Of a stretch of 32,000 nucleotides of DNA, positions 18,565-31,218 are shown piece after piece (the stretch's first letter is position 1; every line of letters starts with the position of its first letter). A program made the position numbers and the translations under genes. A model generated the notes under the pieces. The model saw nothing but the letters and a program-made list of their open reading frames with translations, was not told where the DNA came from and made no database searches. The stretch is from Candidatus Saccharimonadota bacterium (GTDB taxonomy: Bacteria; Pseudomonadota; Gammaproteobacteria; Enterobacterales; Enterobacteriaceae): positions 60,001 through 92,000 of the forward strand of contig CP188086.1 in NCBI GenBank assembly GCA_049942765.1, written 5' to 3'.

Positions 18565-20670
18565 ATGTCACGTACAACGCCGATTATACATTATCGAAAT
18601 ATAGGTATTAGCGCTCATATTGATGCAGGAAAGACTACAACTACAGAACGAATTTTATTTTATACTGGAATTAATCATAAAATTGGTGAAGTACATGATG
18701 GAGCTGCTACTATGGATTGGATGGCACAGGAACAAGAAAGGGGGATTACTATTACTTCTGCTGCAACTACAGCTTTTTGGTCAGGTATGTCTAATCAATT
18801 TTCACCTCATAGAATTAATATTATTGATACACCTGGTCATGTAGATTTTACAATTGAAGTAGAACGATCTATGAGAGTATTGGATGGAGTTGTTTTGGTA
18901 TATTGTGCTGTAGGAGGAGTGCAACCACAATCGGAAACTGTATGGCGTCAAGCTAATAAATACAAGGTACCTAGAGTTGCTTTTATAAATAAAATGGATC
19001 GTTTAGGTGCTAATTTTTTTAAAGTCTTAAATCAGATTAAAACTAGATTAGGTGGGATTCCTGTTCCACTGCAGTTACCTATTGGTTCTGAAGAAAAATT
19101 TACAGGGATAATTGATCTTTTAAAAATGAAAGCTGTTAATTGGAATGAACAGGATCAAGGTATTTCATTTACTTATGAAGAAATTCCTAATGACATGGTT
19201 TCTATTTCAGAAGAATGGAGACAAAAATTAGTTGAAACAGCTGCAGAGTCTAATGAAAGCATTATGGAAAAATATTTAACAGGAGATGTATTAACTAGTG
19301 ATGAGATACAAGCAGCATTAAGACATAGATCATTAAACAATGAAATTATTTTAGTAACATGTGGTTCGGCTTTTAAAAATAAAGGTGTTCAAGCATTGTT
19401 AGATGCTATCATTGAATATTTGCCATCTCCTCAAGATGTTCAATATATTCAAAGTATATCTAATAATAAAGTAAGTAGTATAAAGCAAAGATTAGCTAAT
19501 GATGATGAACCGTTCACTGCATTAGCTTTTAAAATTGCTTCTGATCCATTTGTAGGTAATTTAACTTTTTTTAGAGTGTATTCTGGGGTTGTTAGTTCTG
19601 GGGATACTGTTTTCAATTCCGTAAAATCTCAAAAAGAACGTTTTGGTCGAATAGTGCAAATGCATGCTAATAAACGTGAAGAAATAAAAGAAGTGCGTGC
19701 TGGAGATATAGCTGCAGCAATTGGTTTAAAGAATGTTACAACTGGAGATACTTTGTGTGATTTAAATCATATAGTTAGATTAGAACAAATGGAGTTTCCT
19801 GAACCTGTTATTTCAATTTCAGTAGAACCAAAAACTAAAGTAGATCAAGAAAAAATGGGTCAAGCATTAGCTAGGTTAGCTAAAGAGGATCCATCTTTTC
19901 GTGTATGGATAGATCATGAATCTAATCAAACTATTATAGCTGGAATGGGAGAGTTACATTTAGAAATTATTGTTGATAGAATGAAACGAGAATTTGGTGT
20001 TAGTGCTAATATAGGGCAACCACAAGTTGCATATAGAGAAACTATTCGTAATACTGTAAAAAACGTAGAAGGTCGTCATATTAAACAATCTGGTGGTCGT
20101 GGACAATATGGTCATGTAGTGATTGATATTTTTCCTTTGGAACCTGGTAAGGAAGGATATATTTTTTTAAATGAAATAAAAGGTGGAGTTGTTCCTGGAG
20201 AATATATACCTGCTGTTAATAAGGGTATTCAAGAACAATTAAAATGTGGACCTTTAGCAGGTTATCCAGTAGTAGATATAGGTGTTCGATTGTGTTTTGG
20301 TTCATATCATGATGTAGATTCTTCAGAGTTAGCATTTAAGATAGCAGCTTCTATAGCATTTAAAAGTGCTTTTAGACAAGCTGATCCAGTTTTATTAGAA
20401 CCTATAATGAAAGTGGAAGTTAACACACCTGAAGAGTATATGGGTGATGTTATAGGTGATTTAAGTCGTCGTAGAGGTATTATAGAAGGTATGAATAATT
20501 CACTATCAAATAAGATTATTCAATCTCGAATTCCTTTATCCGAAATGTTTGGATATGCAACAGATTTAAGATCTCAAACTCAAGGTCGTGCATCTTATTC
20601 AATGGAATTTTTGCAATATGCAGAAGCTCCATCTCATATATCAGATATTATAATTCGTCATAAAGATTAG
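18565..20670 (+). CDS. fusA: elongation factor G
   Basis: 701 aa [42 protein letters not shown] and NKMDR are present, and it is collinear with E. coli EF-G throughout. Confidence 0.99.
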   Translation: MSRTTPIIHYRNIGISAHIDAGKTTTTERILFYTGINHKIGEVHDGAATMDWMAQEQERGITITSAATTAFWSGMSNQFSPHRINIIDTPGHVDFTIEVERSMRVLDGVVLVYCAVGGVQPQSETVWRQANKYKVPRVAFINKMDRLGANFFKVLNQIKTRLGGIPVPLQLPIGSEEKFTGIIDLLKMKAVNWNEQDQGISFTYEEIPNDMVSISEEWRQKLVETAAESNESIMEKYLTGDVLTSDEIQAALRHRSLNNEIILVTCGSAFKNKGVQALLDAIIEYLPSPQDVQYIQSISNNKVSSIKQRLANDDEPFTALAFKIASDPFVGNLTFFRVYSGVVSSGDTVFNSVKSQKERFGRIVQMHANKREEIKEVRAGDIAAAIGLKNVTTGDTLCDLNHIVRLEQMEFPEPVISISVEPKTKVDQEKMGQALARLAKEDPSFRVWIDHESNQTIIAGMGELHLEIIVDRMKREFGVSANIGQPQVAYRETIRNTVKNVEGRHIKQSGGRGQYGHVVIDIFPLEPGKEGYIFLNEIKGGVVPGEYIPAVNKGIQEQLKCGPLAGYPVVDIGVRLCFGSYHDVDSSELAFKIAASIAFKSAFRQADPVLLEPIMKVEVNTPEEYMGDVIGDLSRRRGIIEGMNNSLSNKIIQSRIPLSEMFGYATDLRSQTQGRASYSMEFLQYAEAPSHISDIIIRHKD

Positions 20671-20755
20671 CAATGTATTAATATATATTAATTGATATAA
20701 ATCTATTATATAGAAATATAAAAATGTTAAAATAATACATGTTTAAGGATATTTT

Positions 20756-21940
20756 ATGTCTAAAGAAAAATTTAATCGTTCTAAACCTCATATTAATGTA
20801 GGTACTATAGGTCATGTTGATCATGGTAAAACTACTTTAACAGCAGCTATAACTACTGTCTTATCTAAGACATGTGGAGGTCCTGCTTATGCTTTTGATC
20901 AAATAGATAATGCTCCTGAAGAAAAAGCTAGAGGTATTACAATTAATACCTCTCATGTAGAGTATGATACTTTAAATAGACATTATGCTCATGTGGATTG
21001 TCCTGGACATGCTGATTATATTAAAAATATGATTACTGGAGCAGCTCAAATGGATGGAGCAGTATTAGTTGTAGCAGCTACAGATGGACCCATGCCGCAA
21101 ACTAGGGAACATATTTTATTAGGACGTCAAGTAGGAGTACCATATATTATTGTTTTTCTTAATAAATGCGATATGGTAGATGATGAAGAATTATTAGAAC
21201 TGGTGGAAATGGAAGTTAGAGATTTATTGACTCAATATAATTTTCCAGGTGAAGAAACTCCAATTATACGTGGATCAGCGTTAAAAGCTCTTGAGGGAGA
21301 TCCTATTTGGGAAGCTAAAATAGTTGAATTAGCGACTTTATTAGATACTTATATTCCTGAACCTATACGAGCAGTAGATCAACCTTTTTTATTACCGATA
21401 GAGGACGTTTTTTCCATTTCTGGTAGAGGTACTGTTGTTACAGGTCGTGTGGAAAGTGGAATCATAAAAGTTGGTGAGGAAGTTGAGATTGTAGGTATAA
21501 AAAATACTATAAAGACTACGTGTACTGGTGTAGAGATGTTTAGAAAATTATTAGACGAAGGAAGGGCTGGAGAAAACGTAGGAGTTTTGTTACGTGGAAC
21601 TAAACGAGATGAAATAGAAAGAGGTCAAGTGTTAGCTAAACCAAACACTATTCATCCTCATATAAAATTTGAGTCTGAAGTATATGTATTGTCTAAAGAA
21701 GAAGGAGGTAGACATACACCATTTTTTAAGGGTTATCGTCCTCAATTTTATTTTAGAACTACAGATGTGACTGGTTCTATAGAATTACCATCAGGAATGG
21801 AAATGGTTATGCCAGGAGACAATGTAAAGATGGTAGTGACATTGATTTATCCAATTGCCATGTCAGAGGGATTGCGTTTTGCAATTCGTGAAGGAGGTCG
21901 AACAGTGGGTGCTGGTGTTGTATCTAAGGTAATTAGCTAG
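20756..21940 (+). CDS. tuf: elongation factor Tu
   Basis: 394 aa [41 protein letters not shown] and NKCD are present. It is near-identical to E. coli EF-Tu. Confidence 0.99.
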   Translation: MSKEKFNRSKPHINVGTIGHVDHGKTTLTAAITTVLSKTCGGPAYAFDQIDNAPEEKARGITINTSHVEYDTLNRHYAHVDCPGHADYIKNMITGAAQMDGAVLVVAATDGPMPQTREHILLGRQVGVPYIIVFLNKCDMVDDEELLELVEMEVRDLLTQYNFPGEETPIIRGSALKALEGDPIWEAKIVELATLLDTYIPEPIRAVDQPFLLPIEDVFSISGRGTVVTGRVESGIIKVGEEVEIVGIKNTIKTTCTGVEMFRKLLDEGRAGENVGVLLRGTKRDEIERGQVLAKPNTIHPHIKFESEVYVLSKEEGGRHTPFFKGYRPQFYFRTTDVTGSIELPSGMEMVMPGDNVKMVVTLIYPIAMSEGLRFAIREGGRTVGAGVVSKVIS

Positions 21941-21971
21941 TTTAATATTATTATGTTAAGTGGATAAATTA

Positions 21972-22022
21972 TCATCAAGAAAAGTATGTTCTTGTTTTTC
22001 TTTTCTTGATGAAATATTTTTT
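21972..22022 (+). terminator. rho-independent terminator of tuf (str operon)
   Basis: Perfect 13-bp inverted repeat TCATCAAGAAAAG (21972-21984) / CTTTTCTTGATGA (22000-22012), followed by AATATTTTTT. Confidence 0.7.
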
Positions 22023-22411
22023 AAATTGATTGATTTTTTCATATGTTTAATATTATTATATATATTGATTTTTAAACGATGAAAATTTATTTATGTATAT
22101 AAAGATAATTAATTAAACATTTTATAAATGTATTTTTAAATTAAATTATTGTATTGATAATTATTATAAAGTGCTATATTAAATATTTTAAAAAATATAT
22201 TATTGTGATTTTATATACGATAAATTTATACTATGTATAGTATATTTATTTTTAATTGTTGTTGATATATTTTTTACGATACAAAAAATTTTATTTTTGT
22301 ATCGATTAATTTACATAATTTAATGTTATTAAACTTTAATAAATATAAATGCTTAATTTTAGATAAATAAATTTGATTCTTTGAAATTCTTATTTCAGTA
22401 TCATTCACAAT

Positions 22412-22830
<419 letters not shown>

Positions 22831-22861
22831 CGTATATCAAAAAGTAATTAAGGAGGGAAAA

Positions 22862-23491
22862 TTGGTTGGTTTAGTTGGAAAAAAAATAGGTATGACTCGT
22901 ATTTTTACTTCAGAAGGGAGTTCTATTCCTGTTACTGTTATTCATATAGAAAATAATGTCGTAACTCAAATTAAAACAATGCATAGTGATAAGTATTATG
23001 CTATTCAAGTAACAACTGGGGTGAAAAAAGTACACCGTCTTATAAAATCTGAGATTGGTCACTTTATGAAATCTTCTATTTCTCCTGGTCGAGGTTTATG
23101 GGAATTTAGAACTAAAGAAAATGATAAATTTTTTGTTGGACAATTGATTGATTTAAATATTTTTGTTGATTTAAAGATGGTGGATGTGACAGGAATTTCC
23201 AAAGGAAAAGGGTTTTCTGGTACAGTAAAACGTTGGAATTTCTCTATGCAAGATGCTACTCATGGTAATTCTTTGTCTCATCGTGCTCCTGGTTCTATTG
23301 GACAAAATCAAACTCCAGGGAAGGTTTTTAAAGGTAAAAAAATGTCCGGTCAATTAGGTAACCATAAAGTAACTGTTCAAAACTTAAAGATAATACGTAT
23401 TGATATTAAGCAAAATATTCTTTTAGTAAAAGGTGGAGTGCCTGGTTCTACAGGTAGTAATTTGATTATCAAACCCGCTGTTAAGGTCTGA
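22862..23491 (+). CDS. rplC: 50S ribosomal protein L3 (TTG start)
   Basis: TTG at 22862 is preceded by AAGGAGGG and gives (M)[14 protein letters not shown], 209 aa as in E. coli L3. The ORF-track start at 22808 overlaps the rpsJ end and is non-homologous. Confidence 0.95.
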   Translation: MVGLVGKKIGMTRIFTSEGSSIPVTVIHIENNVVTQIKTMHSDKYYAIQVTTGVKKVHRLIKSEIGHFMKSSISPGRGLWEFRTKENDKFFVGQLIDLNIFVDLKMVDVTGISKGKGFSGTVKRWNFSMQDATHGNSLSHRAPGSIGQNQTPGKVFKGKKMSGQLGNHKVTVQNLKIIRIDIKQNILLVKGGVPGSTGSNLIIKPAVKV

Positions 23492-23503
23492 GGAGTTAAT
23501 GGG

Positions 23504-24109
23504 ATGGAATTAGTACTGAAGGATATACAAAAGACAATTTCTGTTTCTGAAACAGTATTCGGACGAAGCTTTAATGAAGCGTTGATTCATCAAGTAATAG
23601 TTGCATATTCTTCTGGTAATCGTCAAGGTACAAAATCTCAAAAAAGTCGTGCTGAAGTATCTGGTTCAGGTAAGAAACCTTGGCGTCAGAAAGGAACAGG
23701 TCGTGCACGTGTAGGGTCTATTAGAAGTCCACTATGGCGTTCAGGAGGTGTGACCTTTGCTTCAAAAAATCAAGATCATACTCAAAAAGTTAACAAAAAA
23801 ATGTATAGAGGAGCATTAAAAAGTATTTTTTCTGAATTAGTTCGTCAGAATAGAATAATGGTATTTAGTTGTTTTTCTATTAATTTGCCAAAAACTAAAT
23901 TATTAGTAGAAAAATTAAAAACTATCAATATAGATGATGTGTTAATTGTTACAGACGATCATGATAGTAATTTATTTTTAGCTTCTCGTAATTTGTATAA
24001 AGTGGATGTCAAACATGTATCATCTATTGATCCCGTCAGTTTAATTGCTTTTAAGGTGGTATTAATAACTGTGGATTCTTTGAAAAAAATAGAGGAAATG
24101 TTAATATGA
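23504..24109 (+). CDS. rplD: 50S ribosomal protein L4
   Basis: 201 aa as in E. coli. MELVLKD..., QGT...[34 protein letters not shown]. Confidence 0.98.
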   Translation: MELVLKDIQKTISVSETVFGRSFNEALIHQVIVAYSSGNRQGTKSQKSRAEVSGSGKKPWRQKGTGRARVGSIRSPLWRSGGVTFASKNQDHTQKVNKKMYRGALKSIFSELVRQNRIMVFSCFSINLPKTKLLVEKLKTINIDDVLIVTDDHDSNLFLASRNLYKVDVKHVSSIDPVSLIAFKVVLITVDSLKKIEEMLI

Positions 24110-24411
24110 GTATTCACGAAGATATTTTTAAAGTATTAGTATCTCAACATATTTCAGAAAAATCATCTATTTTATTAGAAAAAAAAAATACAGTAGTATT
24201 GAAAGTCGGTAGATATGCCAATAAACATGAAATTAAATATTCTATACAAAAATTATTTGATGTTAAAGTAAAACAAGTAAACACTTTAATTGTCAAAGGA
24301 AAAAATAAACGTAATAAAAATAAAATTACTTATGGTGGTAAATGGAAAAAAGCTTATGTGATTTTACATCAAGGTGAAAATACGGATTTTATGGGAATTC
24401 ATCATAAGTAG
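24106..24411 (+). CDS. rplW: 50S ribosomal protein L23
   Basis: 101 aa ORF with an ATGA start/stop overlap with rplD. HISEKSS...NT.VLKV...A.K.EIK..IQKLF.V.V..VNTL.VKGK...WKKAYV.L. Confidence 0.96.
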   Translation: MSIHEDIFKVLVSQHISEKSSILLEKKNTVVLKVGRYANKHEIKYSIQKLFDVKVKQVNTLIVKGKNKRNKNKITYGGKWKKAYVILHQGENTDFMGIHHK

Positions 24412-24428
24412 TATAGGAGAAGATTAAA

Positions 24429-25250
24429 ATGTCTGTAGTAAAGTGTAAAGCCACCTCTCCTGGTCGTCGTCATGTTGTTAAAGTAGTACATCCAGAATTG
24501 TTTAAAGGTCGTCCATACTCTTCATTAGTTGTTAAGAAAAATAAGAGTGGTGGAAGAAATAATCATGGACATATTACTACTCGTCATATTGGTGGAGGTC
24601 ATAAAAAATATTATAGACTTGTAGATTTTAAGCGCAATAAAGACAATATAATTGGTCAAGTTGAACGATTAGAATACGATCCTAATCGTTCGGCACATAT
24701 TGCTTTAATTTTATATAAAGATGGTGAAAGGAAATATATTTTATCTCCTAAGGGTTTATCAATTGGAAACTTCATTATGTCTGGTGTTAATGTGAATATT
24801 AAAATTGGTAATTGTTTACCTATGAAAAATATTCCGGTGGGCACCACATTACATAATGTTGAGATACAACCAGGTAAAGGAGGTCAATTATCTCGTTCGG
24901 CTGGTAGTTATGTACAGTTAGTATCTAAAGATTCTCATTATGTTAGTGTTCGATTACGTTCTGGTGAGATGAGAAAAATTTTATCTAATTGTAGAGCAAC
25001 TATAGGTGAAGTAGGTAATGCAGAACATATGTTAGCTGTATTGGGGAAAGCAGGAGCTTCTAGGTGGAGAGGAATTAGACCAACAGTACGAGGAACAGCT
25101 ATGAATCCTGTGGATCATCCTCATGGAGGTGGAGAAGGTCGAAATTTTGGGAAACATCCAGTTAGCCCTTGGGGGGTTCAAACAAAAGGAAAAAAAACTA
25201 GAAGAAATAAAAGAACTGAAAAGTATATTATTCGTCATCGTAAAAAATAA
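24429..25250 (+). CDS. rplB: 50S ribosomal protein L2
   Basis: 273 aa as in E. coli. [48 protein letters not shown]. Confidence 0.99.
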   Translation: MSVVKCKATSPGRRHVVKVVHPELFKGRPYSSLVVKKNKSGGRNNHGHITTRHIGGGHKKYYRLVDFKRNKDNIIGQVERLEYDPNRSAHIALILYKDGERKYILSPKGLSIGNFIMSGVNVNIKIGNCLPMKNIPVGTTLHNVEIQPGKGGQLSRSAGSYVQLVSKDSHYVSVRLRSGEMRKILSNCRATIGEVGNAEHMLAVLGKAGASRWRGIRPTVRGTAMNPVDHPHGGGEGRNFGKHPVSPWGVQTKGKKTRRNKRTEKYIIRHRKK

Positions 25251-25265
25251 TAAAAGGTTGATATT

Positions 25266-25565
25266 ATGGCACGATCTTTAAAAAAAGGACCATTTATTGA
25301 TGTTAGTTTGTTAAAAAAGGTTGAGAAAGCTATTTTAAATAAAGATAAAAAACCTTTAAAAACTTGGTCTCGTCGTTCGACTATATTTCCTAATATGGTT
25401 GGATTAACTATATCTATTCATAATGGTCGTCAGCATATTCCAATTTTTATATCTGAGGAGATGGTAGGACATAAATTAGGTGAATTTGCACCCACTAGGA
25501 CTTATAGAGGTCACACTGCTGACAAAAAAATTAAAAAAGTATCTAGTATGACGAAGGGAACATAA
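25266..25565 (+). CDS. rpsS: 30S ribosomal protein S19
   Basis: 99 aa [22 protein letters not shown]...[24 protein letters not shown]....[18 protein letters not shown]. It has about 7 extra C-terminal residues relative to E. coli. Confidence 0.97.
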   Translation: MARSLKKGPFIDVSLLKKVEKAILNKDKKPLKTWSRRSTIFPNMVGLTISIHNGRQHIPIFISEEMVGHKLGEFAPTRTYRGHTADKKIKKVSSMTKGT

Positions 25566-25898
25566 ATGCAATCTATAGCTAGGTATAAAAAAGCAAATTC
25601 TTCAGCTCAAAAAATTAGATTAGTAGCTAATTTAATTCGAGGTAAAAATATATCTAAAGCATTAGATATTTTACTTTATACTAATAAAAAGGCAGCATCA
25701 TTATTGAAAAAAGTATTAGAGTCAGCTATAGCTAATGCTGAACATAATAGTGGTATAGATATTGATGATTTAAAAGTACAACAGGTGTTAGTTGATGAAG
25801 GTCCGACAATGAAACGGATGATGCCTCGTGCTAAAGGTCGAGCTGATCGTATTTTAAAGCGTACTAGTCATATAACAGTAATTGTATCCAATTCTTAA
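25566..25898 (+). CDS. rplV: 50S ribosomal protein L22
   Basis: 110 aa as in E. coli. The ATG directly abuts the rpsS TAA. SAQK.RLVA.LIRGK....AL.IL....KKAA..., [22 protein letters not shown]-like C-terminus. Confidence 0.97.
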   Translation: MQSIARYKKANSSAQKIRLVANLIRGKNISKALDILLYTNKKAASLLKKVLESAIANAEHNSGIDIDDLKVQQVLVDEGPTMKRMMPRAKGRADRILKRTSHITVIVSNS

Positions 25899-25916
25899 TT
25901 ACTTCGGAGATATGTA

Positions 25917-26621
25917 ATGGGACAAAAAGTTCACCCCAATGGTATGCGGTTAGGTATAATTAGATCTTGGAATTCTATTTGGTTTGCAAACGGTAAAAAT
26001 TTTGCAAATTATTTAAATAGTGATTTTAGAGTTAGAAGTTTTTTGATGTCTAAGTTATTAAAAGCTTTTGTATCAAAAATTGTTATTGAGAGACCTCCTA
26101 AAAGTATTAGGATTACTATTTATACAGCACGTCCTGGTATAGTAATAGGTAAAAAAGGAGAAGACGTAGACAGATTAAGACAAATGGTGTCTAGTATCGC
26201 TGGTGTATCTGCACAAATTAATATTGCGGAAGTTAAAAAGCCAGAATTAGATGCTAAATTAGTAGCAGATAGTATTAGTGTTCAATTAGAAAGAAGAGTG
26301 ATGTTTAGACGTGCTATGAAAAGGGCAGTTCAGAATACTATGCGTCAAGGTGCTCAAGGTATTAAAGTAGAAGTTAGTGGGAGATTAGGTGGAACTGAAA
26401 TTGCACGTACAGAATGGTATAGAGAAGGACGGGTTCCATTACATACGTTAAGGGCAGATATTGAATATAATACGGCTGAAGCACATACTACGTATGGTGT
26501 TATAGGTGTTAAGGTATGGATTTTTAAAGGTGAAATATTAGGTGGAATGGTTTCTGTTGAACCTGTAGATCAGGCTACATCATTACAGCATAAGCATAAT
26601 AGAAAAACTCGTAATAAATAG
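25917..26621 (+). CDS. rpsC: 30S ribosomal protein S3
   Basis: 234 aa [16 protein letters not shown]...W.S.WFA, the KH domain GKKGEDV..LR, and [20 protein letters not shown]. Confidence 0.98.
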   Translation: MGQKVHPNGMRLGIIRSWNSIWFANGKNFANYLNSDFRVRSFLMSKLLKAFVSKIVIERPPKSIRITIYTARPGIVIGKKGEDVDRLRQMVSSIAGVSAQINIAEVKKPELDAKLVADSISVQLERRVMFRRAMKRAVQNTMRQGAQGIKVEVSGRLGGTEIARTEWYREGRVPLHTLRADIEYNTAEAHTTYGVIGVKVWIFKGEILGGMVSVEPVDQATSLQHKHNRKTRNK

Positions 26622-26629
26622 GAAATAAT

Positions 26630-27055
26630 ATGTTACAACCGAAGCGAACAAAGTTTCGAAAAATGCATAAAGGTCGTAATCGCGGTTTAGCTGTTGGTAC
26701 TGATGTTTGTTTTGGTTCGTTTGGATTAAAAGCTATTGATAGAGGTCGATTAACATCACGTCAAATTGAAGCTGCAAGAAGAACTATTACTCGTTCAGTA
26801 AAACGACAAGGAAAAATGTGGATTCGTATTTTTCCTGATAAGCCTATTACTCAAAAACCATTAGAAGTGAGAATGGGTAAGGGTAAGGGGAATGTTGAAT
26901 ATTGGGTTGCTTTAATACAACCTGGTAAGATTTTGTATGAAATAGATGGAATTTCTGAAGAAAAATCTCGAGAAGCGTTTAAATTAGCGGCTGCTAAATT
27001 GCCAATTAAGACAACATTTGTTTTTAAAAGGTCATTATATTATGAATGTACATAA
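26630..27055 (+). CDS. rplP: 50S ribosomal protein L16
   Basis: 141 aa [49 protein letters not shown]. It has about 5 extra C-terminal residues and overlaps the rpmC start by 14 nt. Confidence 0.97.
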   Translation: MLQPKRTKFRKMHKGRNRGLAVGTDVCFGSFGLKAIDRGRLTSRQIEAARRTITRSVKRQGKMWIRIFPDKPITQKPLEVRMGKGKGNVEYWVALIQPGKILYEIDGISEEKSREAFKLAAAKLPIKTTFVFKRSLYYECT

Positions 27056-27242
27056 TTTAAAACAATTGACATTAATAGAATTACATTCAAAGTTGTTAGA
27101 GTTAACTAAAGAACAATTTAATTTACAATTACAATTAAGATCAGGAAAATTACATCAGATTCATTTGATAAAAAAAGTTAGATTATACATTGCTCAAGTA
27201 AAGACTATTTTTAGTGAAAAGGTAAAAAAACAAAATATATGA
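27042..27242 (+). CDS. rpmC: 50S ribosomal protein L29
   Basis: From ATG 27042 the ORF is 66 aa. L.EL...LL.L.KEQFNL.LQ..SG.L.Q.HL.K.VR..IA.VKT aligns with E. coli L29. The ORF-track start at 27018 lies inside rplP. Confidence 0.9.
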   Translation: MNVHNLKQLTLIELHSKLLELTKEQFNLQLQLRSGKLHQIHLIKKVRLYIAQVKTIFSEKVKKQNI

Positions 27243-27496
27243 TAATTAAAGGCAATCGAATATTACATGGATGTGTGGTAAGTAATAAGATGAATAAATC
27301 TATTGTAGTATCAATTGAGAGATTAGTAAAACATAAATTATATGGTAAGTTTGTAAAGCGAACTACTAAATTACATGTACATGATGAAAATAATGAGTGT
27401 CATAATGGTGATATTGTGGAAATAGGGGAATCTCGTCCTATTTCTAAAACTAAATCATGGACTTTAATTCGTATTATAAAAAAAGGTGTTTTATAG
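27239..27496 (+). CDS. rpsQ: 30S ribosomal protein S17
   Basis: 85 aa ORF with an ATGA overlap with rpm[54 protein letters not shown]. Confidence 0.97.
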   Translation: MIIKGNRILHGCVVSNKMNKSIVVSIERLVKHKLYGKFVKRTTKLHVHDENNECHNGDIVEIGESRPISKTKSWTLIRIIKKGVL

Positions 27497-27568
27497 AGTA
27501 AAAGTAGATTTTTTTTAAAAAAAGTTTTTTACTATAGTAAATAGTATTTATATATTATGGTGGTAATT

Positions 27569-27937
27569 ATGATTCAGGTTCAAACAGTTTTAAATATTGC
27601 TGATAATTCAGGAGCTAGGTCAGCTATGTGTATTAAAGTATTAGGAGGTTCTAGAAAAAGGTATGCTAGGATTGGAGATATTATAAAAATTACTGTTAAA
27701 GAGGCCATTCCTAGAAGTAAAGTTAAAAAAGGAGAAGTATTAAAAGCTGTTGTAGTTAGGACTAAAAAAGGTATTCGTCGTTCTGATGGATCTTTAATTA
27801 GATTTGATAATAATGCTTGTGTTATATTAAATAACAATAATCAACCATTAGGAACTAGAATTTTTGGACCAGTTACGAGGGAGTTGAGAATAGAAAAATT
27901 TATGAAAATTATTTCATTAGCTCCTGAAGTGTTATAA
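27569..27937 (+). CDS. rplN: 50S ribosomal protein L14
   Basis: From ATG 27569 the ORF is 122 aa. [56 protein letters not shown]. Confidence 0.98.
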   Translation: MIQVQTVLNIADNSGARSAMCIKVLGGSRKRYARIGDIIKITVKEAIPRSKVKKGEVLKAVVVRTKKGIRRSDGSLIRFDNNACVILNNNNQPLGTRIFGPVTRELRIEKFMKIISLAPEVL

Positions 27938-27952
27938 TTAAGGTAATATAAA

Positions 27953-28288
27953 ATGGCAGCAAAAATAAAAAAAAATGATGAGGTTGTTATCTTAACTGGT
28001 AAGGAAAAGGGAAAAAAAGGTATTGTTCAGCGTGTTATTGATACTAATAAAGTAATCGTTTCTGGTTTAAATTTAGTAACTAGACATCAAAAGCCAGTTC
28101 CTTCTAGAAATCAAAGTGGAGGAATAATTAAAAAGGAATCTAGAATAGATATTTCTAATGTTGCAATCATTAACCCCGTTACTGGTAAGCCAGATAGAAT
28201 AGGTTTTATGTTTAAAAGTGGAAAAAAAGTGAGGTTTTTTAAATCCAACCAACGGTTAGTAGGGGTATCGGAGGATGTGCATGGATAA
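27953..28288 (+). CDS. rplX: 50S ribosomal protein L24
   Basis: 111 aa ORF. MAAKI...DEV..LTGK.KGK.G......[38 protein letters not shown]. It has about 7 extra C-terminal residues and overlaps the rplE start by 8 nt. Confidence 0.96.
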   Translation: MAAKIKKNDEVVILTGKEKGKKGIVQRVIDTNKVIVSGLNLVTRHQKPVPSRNQSGGIIKKESRIDISNVAIINPVTGKPDRIGFMFKSGKKVRFFKSNQRLVGVSEDVHG

Positions 28289-28820
28289 TTTATGTAATTA
28301 TTATAAATCTACAATAATAAAAAAATTAATGTTGCAATTTAATTATCATTCTCCGATGCAAGTACCTCGAATAGATAAAATTACTTTAAATATGGGTATA
28401 GGAAAGGCTACTTCTGATAAAAAAATTTTAGATCATGCGGCTCATGATTTATCATTGATTTCTGGTCAAAAAGCGATGATTACAGTTGCTAAGAAATCAG
28501 TAGCTAGTTTTAAAATTAGACAGGGATATCCTATTGGTTGTAAAGTTACATTACGTGGACAAAAAAAATGGGGTTTTTTTGATCGTTTAATTCATATAGC
28601 TATACCTCGCATTCGTGATTTTCGTGGTTTATCAGTAAAATCTTTTGATGGTAGAGGTAATTATAGCATGGGTATTCGAGAACAAATTATTTTTCCTGAA
28701 ATTGATTATGATAAAATTGATCATATTCGAGGCATGGATGTTACTATTACTACTACTGCTATTTCAGATATTGAGGGTTTTGCATTGCTCTCTGCTTTTA
28801 ATTTTCCATTTAGAAAATAG
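28281..28820 (+). CDS. rplE: 50S ribosomal protein L5
   Basis: ATG 28281 lies 5 nt after GGAGGA. The ORF is 179 aa as in E. coli. YYK....[60 protein letters not shown]. Confidence 0.97.
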   Translation: MDNLCNYYKSTIIKKLMLQFNYHSPMQVPRIDKITLNMGIGKATSDKKILDHAAHDLSLISGQKAMITVAKKSVASFKIRQGYPIGCKVTLRGQKKWGFFDRLIHIAIPRIRDFRGLSVKSFDGRGNYSMGIREQIIFPEIDYDKIDHIRGMDVTITTTAISDIEGFALLSAFNFPFRK

Positions 28821-28849
28821 TATTTAATAAATAATAAAGGTATAATGAA

Positions 28850-29155
28850 ATGGCTAAACAATCAATGAAAGCACGGGAATTAAAACGCATATTGTTAGTT
28901 GCTAAGTATTATGATAAACGTAAGAAATTAAAGTCTATTATTTCTAATAATACCATATCTGCTGATCAAAGATGGAAAGCTGTGTTGCAATTACAAATGT
29001 TACCTCGAGATTCTAGCCCATCTCGTCAACGAAATAGATGTAATAAAACGGGTAGACCACATGCTTTTTTAAGGAAATTTGGATTATGTCATATTAAAGT
29101 TCGAGAATCCGCTATGAAGGGTGAAATTCCTGGTTTAAGAAAAGCTAGTTGGTAA
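28850..29155 (+). CDS. rpsN: 30S ribosomal protein S14
   Basis: 101 aa as in E. coli. [12 protein letters not shown]......[43 protein letters not shown]. Confidence 0.98.
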   Translation: MAKQSMKARELKRILLVAKYYDKRKKLKSIISNNTISADQRWKAVLQLQMLPRDSSPSRQRNRCNKTGRPHAFLRKFGLCHIKVRESAMKGEIPGLRKASW

Positions 29156-29191
29156 TTTATTTATTGTATTATATATTTAGAGGTATCATTA

Positions 29192-29584
29192 ATGAGTATG
29201 CAAGATCCTATATCTGATATGATTACTCGTATTAGAAATGGACAAATAGCTAATAAAATTTTAGTAACTATGCCTTCTTCAACATTAAAACAATCTATTA
29301 GTCATGTGTTAAAAGAAGAAGGTTATATTCTTAATTATGTTGTATCCATTTCATTTAAGAAAGAATTAAAAATATATTTGAAATATTATCAAGGAAAACC
29401 AGTAATCTCTCATTTTAAAAGAGTAAGTCATCCTAGTTTGAGAATCTATAAAAAAAATATGAGTTTACCTAAAATTATGGACGGTCTAGGTATCGCTATT
29501 ATTTCTACATCTAAAGGTGTAATAACGGATCGACATGCGCGTAAATTAGGGATTGGTGGTGAAATTATTTGTAGTGTATCTTAA
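29192..29584 (+). CDS. rpsH: 30S ribosomal protein S8
   Basis: 130 aa as in E. coli. [34 protein letters not shown]. Confidence 0.98.
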   Translation: MSMQDPISDMITRIRNGQIANKILVTMPSSTLKQSISHVLKEEGYILNYVVSISFKKELKIYLKYYQGKPVISHFKRVSHPSLRIYKKNMSLPKIMDGLGIAIISTSKGVITDRHARKLGIGGEIICSVS

Positions 29585-29596
29585 TGAGGAGGTAAA

Positions 29597-30133
29597 ATGT
29601 CTCGTGTTGCGAAGTGCCCAATTATTGTTCCTCCTGAAGTACAAGTATTAATTAATAAGCAAGTAATTACAATAAGTAAAAACAAGACTGTTTTAAGACG
29701 CGTTATTCATAACAGTGTTAATATTAGTTATTGTAATAATGTATTAAAATTTATTAATAGATTTAATTCTGTGGTTGGTTGGGCTCAAGCAGGAACAGCA
29801 CGATCGTTGGTATTTTCTATGATTATAGGAGTAACAGAAGGTTTTTGTAAAAAATTACATTTTTCAGGTGTTGGTTATAGAGTATCAGTAGATCATGATA
29901 ATGTTGTAAGTATGTCTATAGGATATTCTCATTTGATTAAGTATTTGTTACCATTAGGTATTGTTGCAGATGTTCCATCACCAAATGAAATTGTGTTAAA
30001 AGGATCAGATAAACAATTAGTAGGTCAAGTAGCAGCTAATTTACGATCATATCGTGTTCCAGAATTATATAAAGGAAAAGGTATTCGATATGATAATGAA
30101 ATTATTAAAATTAAAGAGGCTAAAAAAAAGTAA
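29597..30133 (+). CDS. rplF: 50S ribosomal protein L6
   Basis: 178 aa [43 protein letters not shown]...GVGYR, YKGKG.RY..E....KEAKKK. Confidence 0.97.
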   Translation: MSRVAKCPIIVPPEVQVLINKQVITISKNKTVLRRVIHNSVNISYCNNVLKFINRFNSVVGWAQAGTARSLVFSMIIGVTEGFCKKLHFSGVGYRVSVDHDNVVSMSIGYSHLIKYLLPLGIVADVPSPNEIVLKGSDKQLVGQVAANLRSYRVPELYKGKGIRYDNEIIKIKEAKKK

Positions 30134-30134
30134 G

Positions 30135-30506
30135 ATGTTATCTGTTACTGTGTGTAGTAAAAAACTATCTAGAATTCGACGATCTAGACGTGTTCGTTGT
30201 CATTTGAAAGCAATAAATGCTACTCGTTTATTAGTTCATCGTACTTCTCGTCATATGTATGCTCAAATTATTTCATCAAATAATAATAAAGTATTAGTAT
30301 CGGCTTCAACATTAGAGAGTTCTATGTTTGTTTCTGTTAAATATACTGGTAATAAACAATCAGCAATATTGCTTGGTAAATTAATTGCAGAAAGAGCATT
30401 AAATAAAAATATTCATTCAGTATCATTTGATCGTTCTGGATTTAAATATCATGGTCGAGTTAAAGCTTTAGCTGACTCAGCTCGAAAATTTGGACTTAAG
30501 TTTTAA
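30135..30506 (+). CDS. rplR: 50S ribosomal protein L18
   Basis: From ATG 30135 the ORF is 123 aa. ATRL.VHRT.RH.YAQ.I......VLV.AST.E.......KYTGNK..A...[31 protein letters not shown]. The ORF-track start at 30054 lies inside rplF. Confidence 0.95.
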   Translation: MLSVTVCSKKLSRIRRSRRVRCHLKAINATRLLVHRTSRHMYAQIISSNNNKVLVSASTLESSMFVSVKYTGNKQSAILLGKLIAERALNKNIHSVSFDRSGFKYHGRVKALADSARKFGLKF

Positions 30507-30520
30507 GGCAAAATAATTGG

Positions 30521-31024
30521 ATGGCTAATTTAGAAAAAAATATTGGAACAGAATTGCAAGAAAAATTAATTTCTGTGAATCGTGTTTCTAAAACTGTTAA
30601 AGGTGGTCGTATTTTTTCATTTACTGCTCTTACTGTAGTAGGGAATGGAGAAGGTAGGGTAGGTTTTGGTTATGGAAAGGCTAGAGAAGTTCCGGCGGCA
30701 ATTCAGAAAGCAATGGAAAAAGCTCGTCGTAATATGATCAAAGTGCCTTTAAAAAATAAAACGTTACAGCATTCTTTAAAAGGTTATCATACTGGTTCTA
30801 TAATATTTATGAAACCAGCTTCTGAAGGAACAGGGATTATTGCTGGTGGTGCAATGCGAGCAGTATTAGAAGTAGCTGGGATACATGATGTGTTAGCCAA
30901 AACATATGGTTCTACTAATCCAATTAATGTTGTTAGAGCAACGTTAAGCGGTTTAAAGAACATGTGTTCTCTAGATATGATAGCTGCAAAAAGAAATAAA
31001 TCTATTGATGAAATTTTAGGTTAA
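30521..31024 (+). CDS. rpsE: 30S ribosomal protein S5
   Basis: 167 aa as in E. coli. [58 protein letters not shown]. Confidence 0.98.
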   Translation: MANLEKNIGTELQEKLISVNRVSKTVKGGRIFSFTALTVVGNGEGRVGFGYGKAREVPAAIQKAMEKARRNMIKVPLKNKTLQHSLKGYHTGSIIFMKPASEGTGIIAGGAMRAVLEVAGIHDVLAKTYGSTNPINVVRATLSGLKNMCSLDMIAAKRNKSIDEILG

Positions 31025-31031
31025 TTATTAT

Positions 31032-31214
31032 ATGAATAATAATATAAAAATTACACAAATTAAGAGTTCTATAGGTCGGTTACCTAAACATAAGGCTACA
31101 TTAACAGGATTGGGTTTAAAACGAATTGGACATAGTGTATTTCGTGAAAATACTCCTGCTATTAGAGGTATGGTAAGAAAAATTTCTTATATGTTGATAG
31201 TAGATGAAGGATAA
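31032..31214 (+). CDS. rpmD: 50S ribosomal protein L30
   Basis: 60 aa [38 protein letters not shown]. Confidence 0.96.
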   Translation: MNNNIKITQIKSSIGRLPKHKATLTGLGLKRIGHSVFRENTPAIRGMVRKISYMLIVDEG

Positions 31215-31218
31215 TATA

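Noticed and set aside
21959-21967. DnaA-box-like AGTGGATAA (8 of 9 match to TGTGGATAA) just after tuf
   Set aside because: It is a single imperfect box with no cluster, no AT-rich 13-mers arranged as in oriC, and no origin-linked genes nearby.
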